DNA of 64,000 bases, taken from positions 33,108,001-33,172,000 of the forward strand of contig NC_043015.1 in NCBI RefSeq assembly GCF_006345805.1, written 5' to 3'. Under the pieces are notes generated by a model. That model ran no database searches. It saw only the letters and a program-made list of their open reading frames with translations, and was not told the DNA's origin. Shown here in pieces: positions 61,075 to 64,000 of this stretch. A program made the translations under genes and the position numbers. Source of the stretch: Octopus sinensis. Lineage: Eukaryota. How positions within the stretch are numbered: the stretch's first letter is position 1; each line of letters starts with the position of its first letter.

Positions 61075-61215
61075 AATTTGGCACAAAGCCAACATATTCG
61101 GGGAGGGGTAAGTCGATTACATCGACCCCAGTACTCAACTGGTACTTATATTATCGATCCCGAAAGGATGAAAAGCAAAGTCGACCTCGGTGGAATTTGA
61201 ACTCAGAACGTAAGT
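61075..61215 (-). mobile_element. SINE family 4 fragment
   Basis: AAGTCGATTACATCGACCCCAG..CCCGAAAGGATGAAAAGCAAAGTCGACCTCGG..GAACTCAGAACG. Confidence 0.88.
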
Positions 61216-61329
61216 ACTGCTTGAATATTAATATTAAACTGAAAAGTTATACAGGTTTTTTTTTGTTTTCTTTTCTTTTTTTTAAACACTTAGTCATTGA
61301 GTTTTTGTTGCATTCTTGTATTTCGCCAT

Positions 61330-64000
61330 AAATACCTGGCTGAGGTGATCTTGACTGCAGTGTTGTGGTTCTAGGAATGGGTGCAGTTCAATGGATTTGT
61401 TCAAGTGACGTTGTTGTCAGCGATTCATTAGTCAACGTGTTTGTTGGATCATCTGCTCCTGAGAGCTTGACAGCCTCTTCCACCATCTTATCAATAGCCA
61501 AAATACAAATCTTTTCCCTATCAGTTATTTTGGCTGTACAATTCCTTGATATGCATGGTGCACAATGTCGATGATTCATTTTTTACAGCGACACTGGAAT
61601 CACCAAAACAATGGTCACGAAGAACGACGCCACCTGAAATGGATAGCTGATGCTTGAATGTAGCAAAATTGGAGAGATTTGGTTCTTGCCACTTGCAAGA
61701 ATCAATCGCAAATATGAGCTTTTGTAAATGAAAGTTCCATTGTGTAGCCGCTCTAACTGTTTGCAGTCAATGATTCGAGAATTGCATTCTTCAGTACATA
61801 GTGAATGTATGCTTCAGTCTGAAGGTGACTGTGTCGACTGAGGAAGTCTGTCGGATTTTATCTTCTTTTCTAAAACGATACTATTGGTGTACTCATATAA
61901 CATGAAGTGAAGTCCCCAGTTTCACCTATGCGAGTCGTGATTGGGTTTGGGATTTTGACGAGACCTAAGAGAAATTTTTCTGTTGGGTGGTGAAACTTTG
62001 ACCTAAACGGATAAAGCTAGTATTTTTTTTTCGGTTTTGGATTAGTGCCGTTCCATCAACATGAGTGCACGGCTTGTGTAACTAGAAACCCTACCTTCTT
62101 GAGCAAGCACTGTACTAACTCTCGAGGAAAGTTCCTGTCAGTATTTCTTGAAATTTATCGACAGCCAGCTACTCGATCTCGATCCATTTCCAGGGAGAGA
62201 TGCCTTGTAAAAAGTCGAAGGTGCTCGCTGGTACTTGCATAGTGGGGTTTCAATCAGGAAAAACACTGAGCTACAACTCCCAAACAAACGCAATTCTCAA
62301 ACAGATTTTGGTAGGATGCTGCTAAAGATGGTTTGAATCTTTTGAGGATCGGTGAGATCCCAATCTCACTGAAAACATGACAAAACAAGATAAGCTCTTT
62401 GACATGTAACAAGCATTTAAAAAATTTTTTCTTCGACTTGGTTCCAGAATCTTGGAGACGTTTCGGTGTTGTTTTAAGTTTGCATCGTATTTAGCTTGAC
62501 TCCTCTCGTGGATTGTGCTGTCATCGGAAACATTCTTATCGGTGAAATCTGTGATTGCTTTGAACGCTTTCTCAAAGATCTCGGATGCTAAGTTGTCGCA
62601 AAAGAGCAATCTTTTGTGCTGATACATCCCTTTGTGTGTGCAAATGTGTTTAAGTATCGACCTGCTTCTCCCAGCACGAGCTGATGGCACGCATTTTATA
62701 GATCTAACTTGTTGAAAATTGTACAGGAGTTGAGGCTGGCAACGAAGCCGTCGACGGTCGGCATGAGATATTTCTTCCTATGGATGGATTGATTCGCTTT
62801 TCTCATGTTGAGACAAATACTTATTTCGCTTGTTTTCTTGGGAACCATCATCGCACAATTTTTTTTTCAATGACACAATTTCTGCGTACATGGAACAGTA
62901 TACACCGATATCCCTGTGTTACAGGAGAAACAGATAAATCAATAAGCAGCTTCACTTTTAACATAGAGAACATACAGGATGAAAAGGCAAAAATCAACAA
63001 TGTTCGATGCTTGAAAAGTCATCTCTCAGGTTTTCGACGTTTGCATAGAAGCCCACTGCGTATGTTTATGCTTCTACTCAATGTTTGTTTTAAAAGATCC
63101 ATGAATAGCAACAGGCTTATATAGAACCATAAGCATTAGTCTGAGCGGAATTTCCCCACTACTTGAGCTTGTTATGTATATTGTCATAGTAATCCTCTGT
63201 TAAAATGTTCACATTGGCACCAGTATCAACTGAGATTGTTGCTGGAGAGTCGCTGATGTAAGCGGTAGTCATAGAAGTCCTTGAAGTGTTTGTATGTATA
63301 TTGTCTATTACGAAGCTGATCCCTTATCGGATCTCATTCTCAGAGATGTGAGAAAAAAAAATTTGCCTTACGTTGGATATGGTGGACTGATAGATACGAG
63401 TAAAATGATTAATCTTGTAGCAGTTTTTAGATTCTTTTTTCTTGGGTGGACAAAAGACATGGGGCCATGGACCACCGCGGTAACGACAAATAACTGAGTC
63501 ACTACCCTCCAAAAGATCAACTGTGGCGATGTTGTGGTAAAGACTTGCAACTAGTAACACCACTGCAATCACCTCTAGAGCTGGCGTGCTACTCCCCATA
63601 AAACAAGAAACTTATGAAGAGTTGTCGCTCCTTCCTCTCTTGATACCGTTGTCACAACTGGAGTCAACTCCATTGTATAGAAAATTGATAACAGCAGACT
63701 CCATGACCGCAGTTCTTGCATCCGCCAATTCAAGTACTTTTTGTTTCATCAAGAAATTCGGACAGTAAGCATTCGGACAATGCTTATTTTTCAGAGCTCT
63801 ACGTCAAACAATAGCTTACAAAATTTGTGCCCAAATTTCTCTATTACCATCTTGAAATTCGCATGTTTCTTCTTAAGTGGCATTTTTTCTATGGCGTACT
63901 GACGTACTCATCAGCAGCATCAACAATATTCACACTGTGTACAATGTCTTCGTCTGTGAAACTATCAAGGATGTAAATATCTCTTTAAGAACATGATTAA
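61330..64000 (-). mobile_element. Ty3/Gypsy (Mag-like) gag-pol remnant, continues beyond the window end
   Basis: In minus-strand order: gag (TCEFQD..EI..QI..RRAL), knuckles CRYRGGPWPH..CP.KKKE.KNCYKINHF, protease ISVDTGANVNIL, RT THKGMYQHKRLL...ASEIFEK...NVSDDSTIH, integrase zinc region H..C..K..DREK...IDKMVEEAVK. Heavily decayed. Confidence 0.88.

Overview
Eukaryotic, almost entirely repetitive DNA: about 35% GC by eye, saturated with (TA)n, (TG)n, (TATG)n, (GATA)n and (ATT)n microsatellites. The repeat families match my recollection of octopus (cephalopod) repeats; this organism call is an inference. I can support no intact host gene, and nearly all long ORFs in the supplied track are microsatellite read-throughs. 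The window holds decayed transposons of most classes: two Ty3/Gypsy (Mag-like) remnants, RTE, CR1 and R4/Dong-like LINE fragments, Penelope-like RT and GIY-YIG remnants, Tc1/mariner and pogo fragments, hAT and piggyBac-like MITEs, at least five non-autonomous Helitrons and many tRNA-derived SINEs. The most interesting signal is a set of five minimal type I hammerhead-ribozyme motifs with three different stem II sequences. One has an intact catalytic core (29412-29446). Another ends a composite element built as tRNA-like Pol III head, ~920-bp (AAT)n spacer and hammerhead tail, whose head is duplicated as a 78-bp foldback (29845-31104). This looks like a Penelope-mobilised, ribozyme-carrying SINE/retrozyme system. 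All alignments and folds were done by eye; no database search was run.
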